Source: Pachysolen tannophilus NRRL Y-2460 (taxonomy: Eukaryota). From it: a stretch of DNA of 64,000 bases. The notes below the pieces were generated by a model. It did no database searches. It was not told the origin of the DNA and saw only the letters and a program-made list of their open reading frames with translations. The DNA is taken from positions 794,924 through 858,923 of the forward strand of contig KV454015.1 of NCBI GenBank assembly GCA_001661245.1. The letters are read 5' to 3'. Of this stretch, positions 12,148 through 25,112 are shown piece after piece (the stretch's first letter is position 1; the number at the start of each line of letters is the position of its first letter). A program made the position numbers and the translations under genes.

Positions 12148-12634
12148 CAGCACCTAGTACTTCTAAAATCTGCATCAACGATTCATATGGGTGATGTACA
12201 ATTAAATAACAATCCAATTCTTCTATTAAATAAAATTCCAATTCAGCAATCTTTGTTAAATCATTTGGGATATATTCTGGCCATAAATTTCTTGATTCAT
12301 TTAGTAAATTTCGTATATGTTGCGGATTTTCTTCAATTTTACAAGCAGTATAAATGCATGAAGTAACTAATAAATATACATTTACTTCCAATATCGAAAC
12401 ATTGATTAAAAACCTAGTCAAAAAAATTTCAGCAGTCCCTATAACAACTTGTCGAAGATTTAATTTCCTACTCAATTTAATTGTTAAATTATGTAAATAT
12501 ATTCTCATATTATAATCATATTTAACCGCCGTTGACAGCGCTACCTTGTATACTTCATTCCTTTTCTGTTCTAATTCACCTCGAGTAAATTGCCATTTCA
12601 ACCTCTGAGTAGAGTTCCAATAATTAGCACTCAT
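11750..12634 (-). CDS. SSN8: Cyclin C of the Mediator kinase module
   Basis: MSANYWNSTQR, ACKIEENPQHIR, AELEFYLIEELDCYLIVHHPY. Confidence 0.95.
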
Positions 12635-12906
12635 TTAGCTTTTCTCTCAATTTAATCAATTTTTCAATCATCTACCAATCTACTTACCTACCAACTTTTG
12701 TTTTATAAAAACTGATCTTCTTTTTCATATAGTTTACTTTTATTTTAAAATCATATTCCAGTAGTGTAAAACATATCAAACGGTTTCATCTTTTTTTTTT
12801 TTCAACTTTTCGCACCATTTTGTTTTCTATATAAGAAAAATTTTCAACCTTTTTTCTTTCTTTAATCTAATTTTTTTTTTTCTTTTTTTTTTACTTCTTG
12901 TTTCTC

Positions 12907-13583
12907 ACGTTCATGGGCCAAAGAATTGTTAATTCATCGAGGTTAGCAAAAGGATGGGATCTATCTATTAGTTCCATCAATATGATTAACTTTGGGGAAA
13001 GTCTCCGGTCGAAGTTGACGGAAACGTCTGTTTGAATAATACAGTTCAAATATACCTTTTATTTTTTCCGTTTATTCAAATGGGCAAAAAAAAATTTTTT
13101 TTTTTTTTTTCTCCCAACGCCGATTTCAATTATTTTTTTTCTTCTTTGATATTGGTATTAAGGCTTTTAATGTATAGTTGATTATTTGAATTTTCAACAT
13201 TATTGTTCTTGACGAGACTTGTTTGCTCCTCTTGAGCCTTTTTGTGCTTTTTTTTCTTTCTCTTGAGAAAAAAATAAAAGCAGAATGAGTACTCGCCTAA
13301 GAATATATGTTTTTACGATTCAATGTCACTTATATTTTAAGCTATCTTTATTAAAAAGGAAAAGAATGGAGTCAGCAGGGAGGAAATTGTGTTATTTGAA
13401 TACGGGAAAAAAGGTATTTATTCCCATCAGTTTATAATTGGTGGTGATTTTTTTTTTGTTTCCCTTGTGGAACAAAATAAGAATTCGGCATTGGATTTGT
13501 AACCAAATCTAAACGATAGTTATAACAATTGTAATCAATTTTTTGATTAAACCCAATGGAGCTTACTCTTGGTTCATGAACGT
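12907..13583 (+). ncRNA. NME1: RNase MRP RNA, enlarged (about 677 nt)
   Basis: P1: ACGTTCATG (12907-12915) is the exact complement of CATGAACGT (13575-13583). CR-I GGAAAGTCTCC (12996-13006) pairs with CR-V AACCCAATGGAGCTTA (about 13550-13565). CR-IV ATAGTTAT is at 13516-13523, with P15- and P19-like hairpins. TATATAA at 12828. Adjacent to SSN8 as in S. cerevisiae. Confidence 0.92.
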
Positions 13584-14663
13584 CGAAATTTTTTCTATTT
13601 CTTTTTTTTTTTTTTTTTACTTTTTTCTTTCTAACTATTTTTCAAAAGCTTGTATGTAAACTTATTAAAGTAGTTTTTATGCATAGTCAAATATGCCAGG
13701 CTTTACAATTTATTTATTATTTATTATTGATGATGAAATAACTAAGCAACATAGAGTCAAGCTCAGAGTTTCAAATTTGGAACGGGGACGAGAATTGCAA
13801 AATTTTTCTGAATGATAAAAAACCAAACTGAAAAAGAGAAAAAAAAAAAGAAAAAGAAATTAGAATAGATAATAGATAATAGATAATAGATAATAGTCAC
13901 GAGAGCTATTAAAGTTTAATTTGCAGTAGCGATCAAAAATGTAATCTATATGTAGTAGCAGTAAATCAAGATAAAATTAATTTACAAGTAGTTAAAGTTA
14001 TTAACTATTTTTTTTATAAAGAAACATTCTTATAACCTCTTACAATTAATTCTTCAATTCATCTTTAACTCTAGACCTTTTCTCATAATAAAAATTAATA
14101 AAAAAAAAAAAAAAAAAGAAAAACGTTTTGCCATTTTTAGTGTGAAATTTTTATATTCAGCTAATTAGAGCAAAATCAAATTGNNNNNNNNNNNNNNNNN
14201 NNNNNNNNNNNNNNNNNNNNNNNNNNNNNNNNNNNNNNNNNNNNNNNNNNNNNNNNNNNNNNNNNNNNNNNNNNNNNNNNNNNNNNNNNNNNNNNNNNNN
14301 NNNNNNNNNNNNNNNNNNNNNNNNNNNNNNNNNNNNNNNNNNNNNNNNNNNNNNNNNNNNNNNNNNNNNNNNNNNNNNNNNNNNNNNNNNNNNNNNNNNN
14401 NNNNNNNNNNNNNNNNNNNNNNNNNNNNNNNNNNNNNNNNNNNNNNNNNNNNNNNNNNAAAAAAAAAATAAAAAAAAAAAAAAAAAAAAAAAAAATAAAA
14501 AAAATTAAGGGAAGTAGTTAAATATATTTATTATATTTATATATATATATATATATTATTATTATTATTATTATATTGTATATATATATTGTTTATATAT
14601 GAGAATATTGGGGTTGTGTTTTCATTCGGTTGTATTTTCTTTTAATATACGAATTATAGGATT

Positions 14664-16514
14664 ATGGCCTCTGCAATACATAAGCAATCATCGAAATCAT
14701 CGTTGAGGTTAAATACAAATATCCAGACAAAAAATAATACATTAACATCGGTAAAACAATCGAGTCATAAATTTAAACTTGTACAATCATTTCGAATAAT
14801 ATTTGCTACAATATATTTACTGTTAATTATATTGACAATACCACTTTCATTTGAGTTAGGAGGAATTGATTGTGGTTTGAATTTTACATTAACAATATTA
14901 TTATTACATTTTATATTAACTACACTGAGAGTATTAAAATATCATGCTGTAATTTCAACTTTTTTTTATTATTTACAACATTTATTATTACCTAGCTTGT
15001 TGTTTATATTTATTTCAACTTTTAATAATAATTTGAATGATGGTTCTATTGATGGAAATACAAATGCCGGTATAGGTACAAAAATCAATAGTAATAATGA
15101 AATCAATAATTTTTCTAATAATTTGATACAAGATATTTGGAGTAAAATTATTATTAAAGCTTGGAAATTATTTTTAATTAATTCAACACCTTTATTTACA
15201 ATATTAGAAGGTTTTTGTTCTTTATTATTGATTCAATCAATTGGACAATATTCAAGATGGTTAGTTTTTAAGAAATCAGAAACTTGGTCAATAATAGCAT
15301 TATTGACAAGTGGATTTATAATAACTGCATCAACTTATTTTTTGTTCAATATTTATGTATCACCACCAATAAATTTATCAAACATTGGATTGATTTCTGC
15401 TTCTTTGATTGGTTCAATTTTGACTTTTACATTGGTGGTTATTGGTTATGGATTATTCAGTGGGAGATCTACTACTATTGAAAGTTCATTAATTTTTGCT
15501 TATATCATAAAATGTATTTATGAAATTTTCCCAGAATTATCTCAATTAAATTATCAAAATTTTCAAGATTTAATTAAATTTATTAGTAGTGAATTATACA
15601 AGATAAATGAACAAACATCAAGATTAACAAGAGAAAAAAATTTTTGGTTTATAAATAATTCAAATAATGATTTAAATTTTTTATTAAAAAAATTACAAAA
15701 TTTAATGACATTATGGAAATTTAATTCCAATAATACAAATTCAAATTTTGAATCATATGAATTATTTAAAAATAATTTTATCATACTGTTTACTAAATTA
15801 AAAGATGTCTTGTTAAGTTTAACTATAAAATTTATTACAGAAAATTTTCCAAATTCTTTTCAAACATTATGGGATTTTTTCAAATTATCACTTATAAATT
15901 TAACTTTCCCAACTATAATCAATTTAGTTTATAGAATAGGAGTATTTTTCGCTCTGACAAAGATAATCCCAATTTTACAACCAATGAACACCACCACTTC
16001 TTCAAATTCACCATCTTCATCTTCTCCTACGTTATCATCCACATCTTCACCACTTCCAACACGTTCATCGTCACCGAAATTGTCCCCACTAGTGTCATCA
16101 CACCTGCTTTCAAGATCTTCTTCTAAATCGTCTTTATACAGTATATCAAATGAAGATTTATCACTACAGCCGCCAACCAGTTCTGCAACAACACTCTCCG
16201 CATCGACATCTTCTTCTACATCCGCTTCTCCAATATTAATTGACTCGTCTTCATTGAAACCTTCAAAAACTATGAGGATCTTATATTTATATTCACCATG
16301 TATTATCATAGTGGTATATACAAATTTAATGATACAATATAACGAGACATTGAATAGCGATAATAATAATTTTTGGAACTTCATATTGAACAATTTTTTC
16401 AGAGTAAATGTCAACGATTATTTCAATAATGGGTTTTATCCATGGCAGTTTTGGCACTGGGTTAACATTTTCTTGACTTTGATATTATATACTATAGAAT
16501 TGTTTTTAAATTGA
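14664..16514 (+). CDS. ICE2: ER membrane protein Ice2
   Basis: IPLSFELGGIDCGLNF, STPLFTILEGFCSLLLIQ and WQFWHWVNIF motifs; multiple TM segments. Confidence 0.92.
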   Translation: MASAIHKQSSKSSLRLNTNIQTKNNTLTSVKQSSHKFKLVQSFRIIFATIYLLLIILTIPLSFELGGIDCGLNFTLTILLLHFILTTLRVLKYHAVISTFFYYLQHLLLPSLLFIFISTFNNNLNDGSIDGNTNAGIGTKINSNNEINNFSNNLIQDIWSKIIIKAWKLFLINSTPLFTILEGFCSLLLIQSIGQYSRWLVFKKSETWSIIALLTSGFIITASTYFLFNIYVSPPINLSNIGLISASLIGSILTFTLVVIGYGLFSGRSTTIESSLIFAYIIKCIYEIFPELSQLNYQNFQDLIKFISSELYKINEQTSRLTREKNFWFINNSNNDLNFLLKKLQNLMTLWKFNSNNTNSNFESYELFKNNFIILFTKLKDVLLSLTIKFITENFPNSFQTLWDFFKLSLINLTFPTIINLVYRIGVFFALTKIIPILQPMNTTTSSNSPSSSSPTLSSTSSPLPTRSSSPKLSPLVSSHLLSRSSSKSSLYSISNEDLSLQPPTSSATTLSASTSSSTSASPILIDSSSLKPSKTMRILYLYSPCIIIVVYTNLMIQYNETLNSDNNNFWNFILNNFFRVNVNDYFNNGFYPWQFWHWVNIFLTLILYTIELFLN

Positions 16515-17066
16515 ACACTACATACATACAGCAAAAAAAAAAGAAACAAGATAAAATTAATAATAATATACAGAACTAGAGATGTGCTGATAAACAAGAG
16601 ATGAAAGAGCGTTTTTTAAAAGTGAAGTTGATAACCTCAATGATTTTGATATTGTAATAATTACTTTGGTGTTTTTTTTTTTTTTTTTTATTTTATTTTA
16701 TTTTTTTTTTTACTTTACTTTACTTTTTTTAATTTTATTTCTGGGAAAAACTTGAATTTTGAAATAGGAGTATTTTTTGTTCTTTATTTATCTTGGGCTT
16801 TTTATTTTATATATATATATTCCTGTCTTTCAGTCTTCCTTTCCTTTCCTTTCCTTTCTACCTTTTTACATTACTGTTGAGTTTTTGTCCTGATGTTGTT
16901 TTATTTTAATTTTCATTTGTACTATAATTGTGTCGTGTATTTTTCAGCTGAAAAATTTAATAAAAATTTTCTTAAAAAAAAGCAGGATAAGAGAGAAGAG
17001 AAGAGAAGAGAAGAGTATAGGAAAGATATTGTAGTAGTTGAAGGAAAATCAGAAGTTTGTCAGATA

Positions 17067-19541
17067 ATGGGAGCTAGTCAGAGTAGAAAACAGGAGAGAC
17101 TGAGTAAAAGAAGTTTAACAAGTCTGGATGGTGGGAAATTGGTTTCCGAGACGAATGATAGTCGTAACGGCACAAAGCGTACTAAACATGGTAGGAAAGA
17201 GTTGAGAACTATTACGAGGACTACAAGAAGAGGAGGACAAGAGAGTAATAGTAACGATGATGTGGCCAACGGAGAAAATAAAGAATATGAACATAGTGAT
17301 ATTGAATCTTTGGTTTCTGATGGTGGTGAATCAGAAAATGGTAATGAACAAGTTAATGATACTAGAAAAGCATATGATTCATTATTAACATTGTTAAAAT
17401 ACGATCATAAAGAGTCTAGAAGGGAAACTATTGGTACTAAGAAAATTGAACTGAATTTTGATGATGAAACATATGAGGAAGATGTTGAAGAAATTGCAGG
17501 TATAATTTCAGAAGGAGAAGAAGCAGAAGATGATGCGAAGGAAAAAAAAATTGCTTCAAACCTGAATGATAAGTTAACTGTAGACGAAATTGATGAAGAT
17601 GATCTTGATGAAAAAAATATGACAGATCCATTTAATTTTCATTTTAATGATGAGAATGCATTGGAATTGAAAATTTCAAATTATGAAAAGCTTCTCAAAG
17701 ATAAATCACAACCCAAGAAATTGAAGTTGGTAACTAAATTAAGACTTGAAGATGAAGAATATGTCTTGTTAAATCATATTCCAAACATTGAAGGTGAAGA
17801 AGATGAATCATTAAGAACAATCAGTTCGGATAACTTGTTTGGGAACTTATCAAAGTTTAACGTCAAATCAAAAGTTTTGGATAAATTAAAAGATTTAAAA
17901 TCTATAAATAATAATTCACAATTACTAAACCATACTGTAAATTCAATTTTCCAATATAAAAATTTGAATTTACAATATTATGAAAATGATTTATTACAAA
18001 AATCTTATCAAGATTATTATCTCCTACATGTATTAAATCATGTTTGCAAGACAAGAGATCGGATATTGAAAAACAACAATAAGAAACAAATTGTCATGGA
18101 GAACTTATCAAAAGGTTTATTAAAACCAGAAGAAGAACCTGAATTTAGAGATCAAGGATATACAAGACCAAAAGTGTTGATATTATTACCTACAAGAAAC
18201 TTTGCTTATGAACTAGTGATGAAATTGATCAAATTATCAAGTTTTGAATCAGTAGAGAACAAATCAAAATTTATTAAACAATTTTATTCTGATTTTGAAA
18301 TTGATAACACAAGTAAGAAATCAAAAGATTTCCGTGATTTTTTCAAAGGTAATACCAATGATTTTTTTTGTCTTGGATTGAAATTTACAAGAAAAACATT
18401 GAAATTATATTCAGCTTTTAAAAATTCAGATATTATAATTGCATCACCTCTTGGATTAAAAATGATTTTAGAAAATGAAGGTAAAAGCCGTACTAATAAT
18501 AATAACAAGGACCAAAATAGAGATGGATCGAAACCATCGCGAACTTATGATTCTGATTTCTTGTCATCAATTGAAGTTGTCGTTTTTGATAAAGCTCATG
18601 GGTTTCTTATGCAAAACTGGGAACATGTTACTTCTATTATATCTCAATATTTGAACAAGACACCAAAGAAATTCCACGATGATGTTGATTTTAGTAGGAT
18701 AAGAATGTGGACAATTAATGATCAATATAAATTTATTACACAATTTCTTTGTTTTAGCAAGTATGCTACTCCAGAATTAAACAACTTGATGAATTTTCAA
18801 AGAACTTGTAATATTCTGGGAAATTTAATAGTGAAACCAATTATAAATGAACAAAAATCTATTTTATCTAGACAACAAGCTTCTTTAAAAACTGTTGGAA
18901 TATTAAATAATGATGTTAGATTGAGACAATATTTTCAAAAATTTCAAACTGCTTCTATAATTGATGAACCTAATGATAGATTTAATTTTTTCAAAAATGT
19001 TGTTTTATCACAAATAATGAATAAATCATCATATGATTCAGGGTTCTTGATATATGTACCTTCATATTTGGATTTTTTAAGATTGGTTAATTTTTTCAAA
19101 ACTACATCAACAGAAGTATTATCAATAAATGAATATTCTTCTCAAAGTCAATTAACTAGAAATAGATCTTTTTTCATGAAAAATTCTAAAAAATTTAAGA
19201 TAATGTTATATACAGAAAGATTACATTTTTATAAAAGATATGAAATAAAAGGAGTGAAAAATATGATTTTTTATGGTCTTCCATCAGATCCATCTTTTTA
19301 TTCTGATTGTATTGATTTCATTATTAAACACAAGTTAAGACAACAAATATTAAATTCAAATCCAATGATTAATAATACTATTGAGGAAAAAAATGAAGAA
19401 ACTGAAGAATTTGATCTTAACTTATCTATGGTTAGATCCATATATAGCAAGTTTGATTTATTAAAATTAGAAAAAATCGTTGGATTACAAAGGGCAAATG
19501 TCTTGTGCAACAGTAACGATGAAACATTCGAATTTAGATAG
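17067..19541 (+). CDS. UTP25: SSU processome component Utp25
   Basis: FRDQGYTRPKVLILLPTR, SDIIIASPLGL, DFLSSIE, MQNWEH and LYTERLHFYKRYEIKG. The ATG at 17067 is preferred; an RRPE element (TGAAAAATTT) at about 16949 lies in the upstream open frame. Confidence 0.93.
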   Translation: MGASQSRKQERLSKRSLTSLDGGKLVSETNDSRNGTKRTKHGRKELRTITRTTRRGGQESNSNDDVANGENKEYEHSDIESLVSDGGESENGNEQVNDTRKAYDSLLTLLKYDHKESRRETIGTKKIELNFDDETYEEDVEEIAGIISEGEEAEDDAKEKKIASNLNDKLTVDEIDEDDLDEKNMTDPFNFHFNDENALELKISNYEKLLKDKSQPKKLKLVTKLRLEDEEYVLLNHIPNIEGEEDESLRTISSDNLFGNLSKFNVKSKVLDKLKDLKSINNNSQLLNHTVNSIFQYKNLNLQYYENDLLQKSYQDYYLLHVLNHVCKTRDRILKNNNKKQIVMENLSKGLLKPEEEPEFRDQGYTRPKVLILLPTRNFAYELVMKLIKLSSFESVENKSKFIKQFYSDFEIDNTSKKSKDFRDFFKGNTNDFFCLGLKFTRKTLKLYSAFKNSDIIIASPLGLKMILENEGKSRTNNNNKDQNRDGSKPSRTYDSDFLSSIEVVVFDKAHGFLMQNWEHVTSIISQYLNKTPKKFHDDVDFSRIRMWTINDQYKFITQFLCFSKYATPELNNLMNFQRTCNILGNLIVKPIINEQKSILSRQQASLKTVGILNNDVRLRQYFQKFQTASIIDEPNDRFNFFKNVVLSQIMNKSSYDSGFLIYVPSYLDFLRLVNFFKTTSTEVLSINEYSSQSQLTRNRSFFMKNSKKFKIMLYTERLHFYKRYEIKGVKNMIFYGLPSDPSFYSDCIDFIIKHKLRQQILNSNPMINNTIEEKNEETEEFDLNLSMVRSIYSKFDLLKLEKIVGLQRANVLCNSNDETFEFR

Positions 19542-19600
19542 AAAGTTAACTTTATAATAGTAATAATAATAATAATAATATTAAAAAGAGAAGAAAAATT

Positions 19601-19935
19601 TCAACTTATTAACTGATTAATAGCAAACAATATACAACTAATAGAAACATACGGACTCAATCTTTCACCTATCCTAGCACTTTTCCAAAAAATCCCCAAC
19701 AAACCATGCTTCCTTGAATCCATTATCGAAGGATATATACCATGAAGATAAGTAGATGTACATATAACTAGTAAAAAAACTTGTAATAACGAAGTAAGAT
19801 TCAATAGCGCTGACTAAATTTAACAAAAAATTATTAGTAAATAAACAAGTACAAAAAAAAAAAAACAACCAACCAACCAACCAATCAACATTTAATTCCT
19901 TTTTCAAAAATCAAAAAATTTCAATTACTCACCAT
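19601..19935 (-). CDS. KSH1: Protein Kish (Ksh1): exon 1 is ATG only (19935-19933), exon 2 is 19813-19601
   Basis: Intron 19932-19814 (GTGAGT..TACTAAT..TAG). The product is MSALLNLTSLLQVFLLVICT...GIFWKSARIGERLSPYVSISC, 71 aa. Confidence 0.92.
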
Positions 19936-20318
19936 ATTCCTCTACTATATTAACTTACTTATTAACATTCCATAATTAATTAAAATATTGAGATTTCGTT
20001 AATAACATCTCTTAAGTTCAACTTTATCAACAAATTTTTGATGAAAAGACACACACAAAAGTCGTGGCGCAAAAATCAAGTTTTCTGTGGTTCAAAAGTG
20101 TCTTTATTGGAAAAGAAATAAGAATTATAAGTTTATAATAATATAGAAGTTATGTTGATGGAAGTTTGTAATGGATAGATTAAGAAAGACGCAAGATCAA
20201 TAGAGGAAAAAGAGAGCCATCATTGAAGACTAAGGTATTTCTTTAGATAGTTAAAGATATCGACTTTTGTTGTGGACAACCAATCCTTATTTTCTCTTTT
20301 GGGAGGTGGTTATTTAAA

Positions 20319-20354
<36 letters not shown>

Positions 20355-21263
20355 ATATTTTTTTTTTNNNNNNNNNNNNNNNNNNNNNNNNNNNNNNNNN
20401 NNNNNNNNNNNNNNNNNNNNNNNNNNNNNNNNNNNNNNNNNNNNNNNNNNNNNNNNNNNNNNNNNNNNNNNNNNNNNNNNNNNNNNNNNNNNNNNNNNNN
20501 NNNNNNNNNNNNNNNNNNNNNNNNNNNNNNNNNNNNNNNNNNNNNNNNNNNNNNNNNNNNNNNNNNNNNNNNNNNNNNNNNNNNNNNNNNNNNNNNNNNN
20601 NNNNNNNNNNNNNNNNNNNNNNNNNNNNNNNNNNNNNNNNNNNNNNNNNNNNNNNNNNNNNNNNNNNNNNNNNNNNNNNNNNNNNNNNNNNNNNNNNNNN
20701 NNNNNNNNNNNNNNNNNNNNNNNNNNNNNNNNNNNNNNNNNNNNNNNNNNNNNNNNNNNNNNNNNNNNNNNNNNNNNNNNNNNNNNNNNNNNNNNNNNNN
20801 NNNNNNNNNNNNNNNNNNNNNNNNNNNNNNNNNNNNNNNNNNNNNNNNNNNNNNNNNNNNNNNNNNNNNNNNNNNNNNNNNNNNNNNNNNNNNNNNNNNN
20901 NNNNNNNNNNNNNNNNNNNNNNNNNNNNNNNNNNNNNNNNNNNNNNNNNNNNNNNNNNNNNNNNNNNNNNNNNNNNNNNNNNNNNNNNNNNNNNNNNNNN
21001 NNNNNNNNNNNNNNNNNNNNNNNNNNNNNNNNNNNNAAAAAAAAAAAAAAAAAAAATAAAGAATAAATAAATAAAAAAACATATAGAATTAGTTTTTTCA
21101 TATTTTCTAAGATTTTCTTTTGCCTTTTGTTCTTTTGTTAGTCCTTAATACCATACCATATCTATATATTTCATATATAAATATAGATATATATATATAT
21201 ATTTGCAAGATTTTTTCCACAAAAAAAAAAAAAAAAGAAAGAAAAACCATACTTTGCAAAGTA

Positions 21264-21767
21264 TTATAAATTTGCACCAAGTATAAAATTTCTACCATAA
21301 ATAAACCCATTGAATAAAGCCTGTGATACTAAAAACTTTGGCCATAATTTATAACTACGAATACATCTTTTAAAATTTACCATACAAAATAAAGCTGACC
21401 ATGCACTTATAACACCACTACCATTAATCAAATCATTATCATTAATCATAAAACTACCTAACCCGAAAAATCCACCAAATAGCAAACAAGATAATAATGT
21501 TGGATTTGATGAGATAGTTGTTGGTAACAGAGATGAAGTAGGTCTTATAAATCTAGAAGTCAATGAACTTGTTAATGAAGTTGCTACTGGGGCCGGAATT
21601 CGTTGATCTTTTACCATTGGAGTGATAAATAAAGAACTTGCAAAAAATGCTGCAGGGTACGGTGTTGTAGCAAGACTATTAATTTGATCATAAATTGAAA
21701 CTACTTCTTGCTTAGATTGATCTACAGCAGAGCCAGAATTATCACTACCGCCAATTCCTACTGACAT
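21264..21767 (-). CDS. AIM19: Aim19-like mitochondrial protein (fungal)
   Basis: TPYPA motif and C.LFGG...LGSFMI.D.DL.NGSG...AWS; lies near ICE2/UTP25 as in S. cerevisiae. ATG at 21767. Confidence 0.7.
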   Translation of the reverse strand: MSVGIGGSDNSGSAVDQSKQEVVSIYDQINSLATTPYPAAFFASSLFITPMVKDQRIPAPVATSLTSSLTSRFIRPTSSLLPTTISSNPTLLSCLLFGGFFGLGSFMINDNDLINGSGVISAWSALFCMVNFKRCIRSYKLWPKFLVSQALFNGFIYGRNFILGANL

Positions 21768-22034
21768 TTTTTTCTCTTTCCTCAATAAATTAAACCAAAG
21801 AATAAATTTAAAAAATGAGAAAAAAAATTATAGGAAGCAAATTGGTTCTTTTTTATATATATTTATGATTGCTCTTTAGTTCAAGCACTACTACAATTCT
21901 ACAATTTTTAAATGAGATTATCAAAAATTTAAATTAAAACTAATATACACTTCAACTAAAATACAGCTCTAATAAGGAGATTTTATCTCAAAAAAACAGA
22001 AAATTCCTTTTTTTCATAAAATTAACCGTTTATC

Positions 22035-22523
<489 letters not shown>

Positions 22524-23009
22524 TCACTGATATTTATATACAACTCTTTAAACTAAAAACTTTCTTTACTTATTTACTTATCAACTTATTTCTTTGTTTC
22601 ATATTTTCATATTACTACTTAATCCATACTTTCTCATCTTGTCTTATTTATTTGTTTACATGTGTACAATTGAGAATATCTTTTGTTATTTTTTAACGTG
22701 TTTTTGTATTAATTTGGAAAAGTGTGTAAAAATGAGTACGTAAACATGAGCACTAAAAGAAGCGTGTTTTATAGAAGTAAACAAGAGAATTAACAACAAA
22801 CAAATAATAATAGTATTGATGATAATGAATAGTAGTAATAATAGTAGTAGGTGGAATCGTATTTCGTATATAGTTCATTGATAGATTGATATATATATAT
22901 ATTTATATATATATAAATAGGTTTCTGGTTTTTTTTTCATTTTGAATTTTTTTATAATTATTTAATTTTAATCAAGTAATTATAATTACATATTTAAATC
23001 ATATTATAA

Positions 23010-23327
<318 letters not shown>

Positions 23328-23592
23328 ACTGTTTTCAAAAAAAATATTTTTTTTTTGCAGGCGTTTAACTTGAATAAGTTTTTTTCTTCTTTGTATTTTA
23401 GAAATGAGATTTAAATACCCTTTATTAAATTTTGTTTTCAAGTGTATATTAGTTAATTTTTAAATTGAATTTCAGCAAAAAGAAAGAAATGAAAAAATTT
23501 TGTAAACTAAATAATAAGTCTCTTGTAATTTATATATATATATATATATTAAATTTTTTTCAAAAAATAGTTGTATATATATGCTTCTATGC

Positions 23593-24222
23593 TTAAACAG
23601 TGTCTTCACCAATTTGTTTTTCATATTCTTGCAATCTTTCAATTTCTTCATCTTCTAACTCATCATTAATCAATTCATCCAAATCATAGTCGTAAAGATC
23701 TGGATTCAAGTTTTTCTTCTCGTTATTATAATACTCTTTTACTGATTGCACATCTTTATGATTTTTACTTCCTCCCAATCCTTTTCCTCTTTTACGTAAA
23801 CGTGAATTTTGTTCTTCTCCATCTTCTAATCTTGGCTTAAACTTTAAACCCACATCCTCTCTTTTAATTTCCATCCTTTGTCTAAACTGGTTTATGTTCT
23901 TGGTGATTTTCTTCAACCTATTTTTGGCAGCACCATCACTATTAGGATCATCCTCATACGTCGACTCAAGATACTTAGCATTTGGTGGAACATACCCGCG
24001 CTGAATTGAAGACATTGAACTTGAACTTATTCCTCTACTATTATCATTTTCTTCATTTTCTTCTTCTTCTTCTTCTTTCTTTCTTTTATTCTTCTCTTTA
24101 TAATTTGGTTTTCTTTCTAATTTAATCTCCACTAAATTGTTTAATTTCGGTAATACAACAATAATAACTATTATCGAAATGAAAAATATAAAATATCCTA
24201 GCACATATCCAAGAGTCGACAT
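23593..24222 (-). CDS. Uncharacterised protein with an N-terminal TM anchor and a charged tail
   Basis: 209-codon ORF from ATG 24222 with hydrophobic LGYVLGYFIFFISIIVIIVVL; no family recognised. Confidence 0.7.
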   Translation of the reverse strand: MSTLGYVLGYFIFFISIIVIIVVLPKLNNLVEIKLERKPNYKEKNKRKKEEEEEENEENDNSRGISSSSMSSIQRGYVPPNAKYLESTYEDDPNSDGAAKNRLKKITKNINQFRQRMEIKREDVGLKFKPRLEDGEEQNSRLRKRGKGLGGSKNHKDVQSVKEYYNNEKKNLNPDLYDYDLDELINDELEDEEIERLQEYEKQIGEDTV

Positions 24223-24502
24223 CTTACTACTCAATTATTACAAAAACCTCATTCATTATTAAACTATATATTATACAAAGTCTTTCATTCTAATTTGTAT
24301 ACAATAAAATTTTTCCTACCTTTTCACATACTTTCCACTACCAGAATAAAAGATATTTTCCAAAATGATAATTAATTATACAAAACATAATATTAAATAA
24401 AGATCCAAAGAAAACAAAGATAAAAATAAAAATAAAAATAAAATAGAAAAAGCAAAATACAACTACTCCAGCTAACCATACTATAATATAATAAACAAGG
24501 GG

Positions 24503-24536
<34 letters not shown>

Positions 24537-25112
24537 AAAAAAAAGATATAANNNNNNNNNNNNNNNNNNNNNNNNNNNNNNNNNNNNNNNNNNNNNNNNN
24601 NNNNNNNNNNNNNNNNNNNNNNNNNNNNNNNNNNNNNNNNNNNNNNNNNNNNNNNNNNNNNNNNNNNNNNNNNNNNNNNNNNNNNNNNNNNNNNNNNNNN
24701 NNNNNNNNNNNNNNNNNNNNNNNNNNNNNNNNNNNNNNNNNNNNNNNNNNNNNNNNNNNNNNNNNNNNNNNNNNNNNNNNNNNNNNNNNNNNNNNNNNNN
24801 NNNNNNNNNNNNNNNNNNNNNNNNNNNNNNNNNNNNNNNNNNNNNNNNNNNNNNNNNNNNNNNNNNNNNNNNNNNNNNNNNNNNNNNNNNNNNNNNNNNN
24901 NNNNNNNNNNNNNNNNNNNNNNNNNNNNNNNNNNNNNNNNNNNNNNNNNNNNNNNNNNNNNNNNNNNNNNNNNNNNNNNNNNNNNNNNNNNNNNNNNNGT
25001 AAAAAGTAAAAAATAAAAAATTAAAAATTAAATTAATTTATTTTATTTATTTTATTTTTATTTTTTTATTTTTATTTTATTTTTTTTTTTTTTTTTTCAT
25101 TTCATTTCTTTT

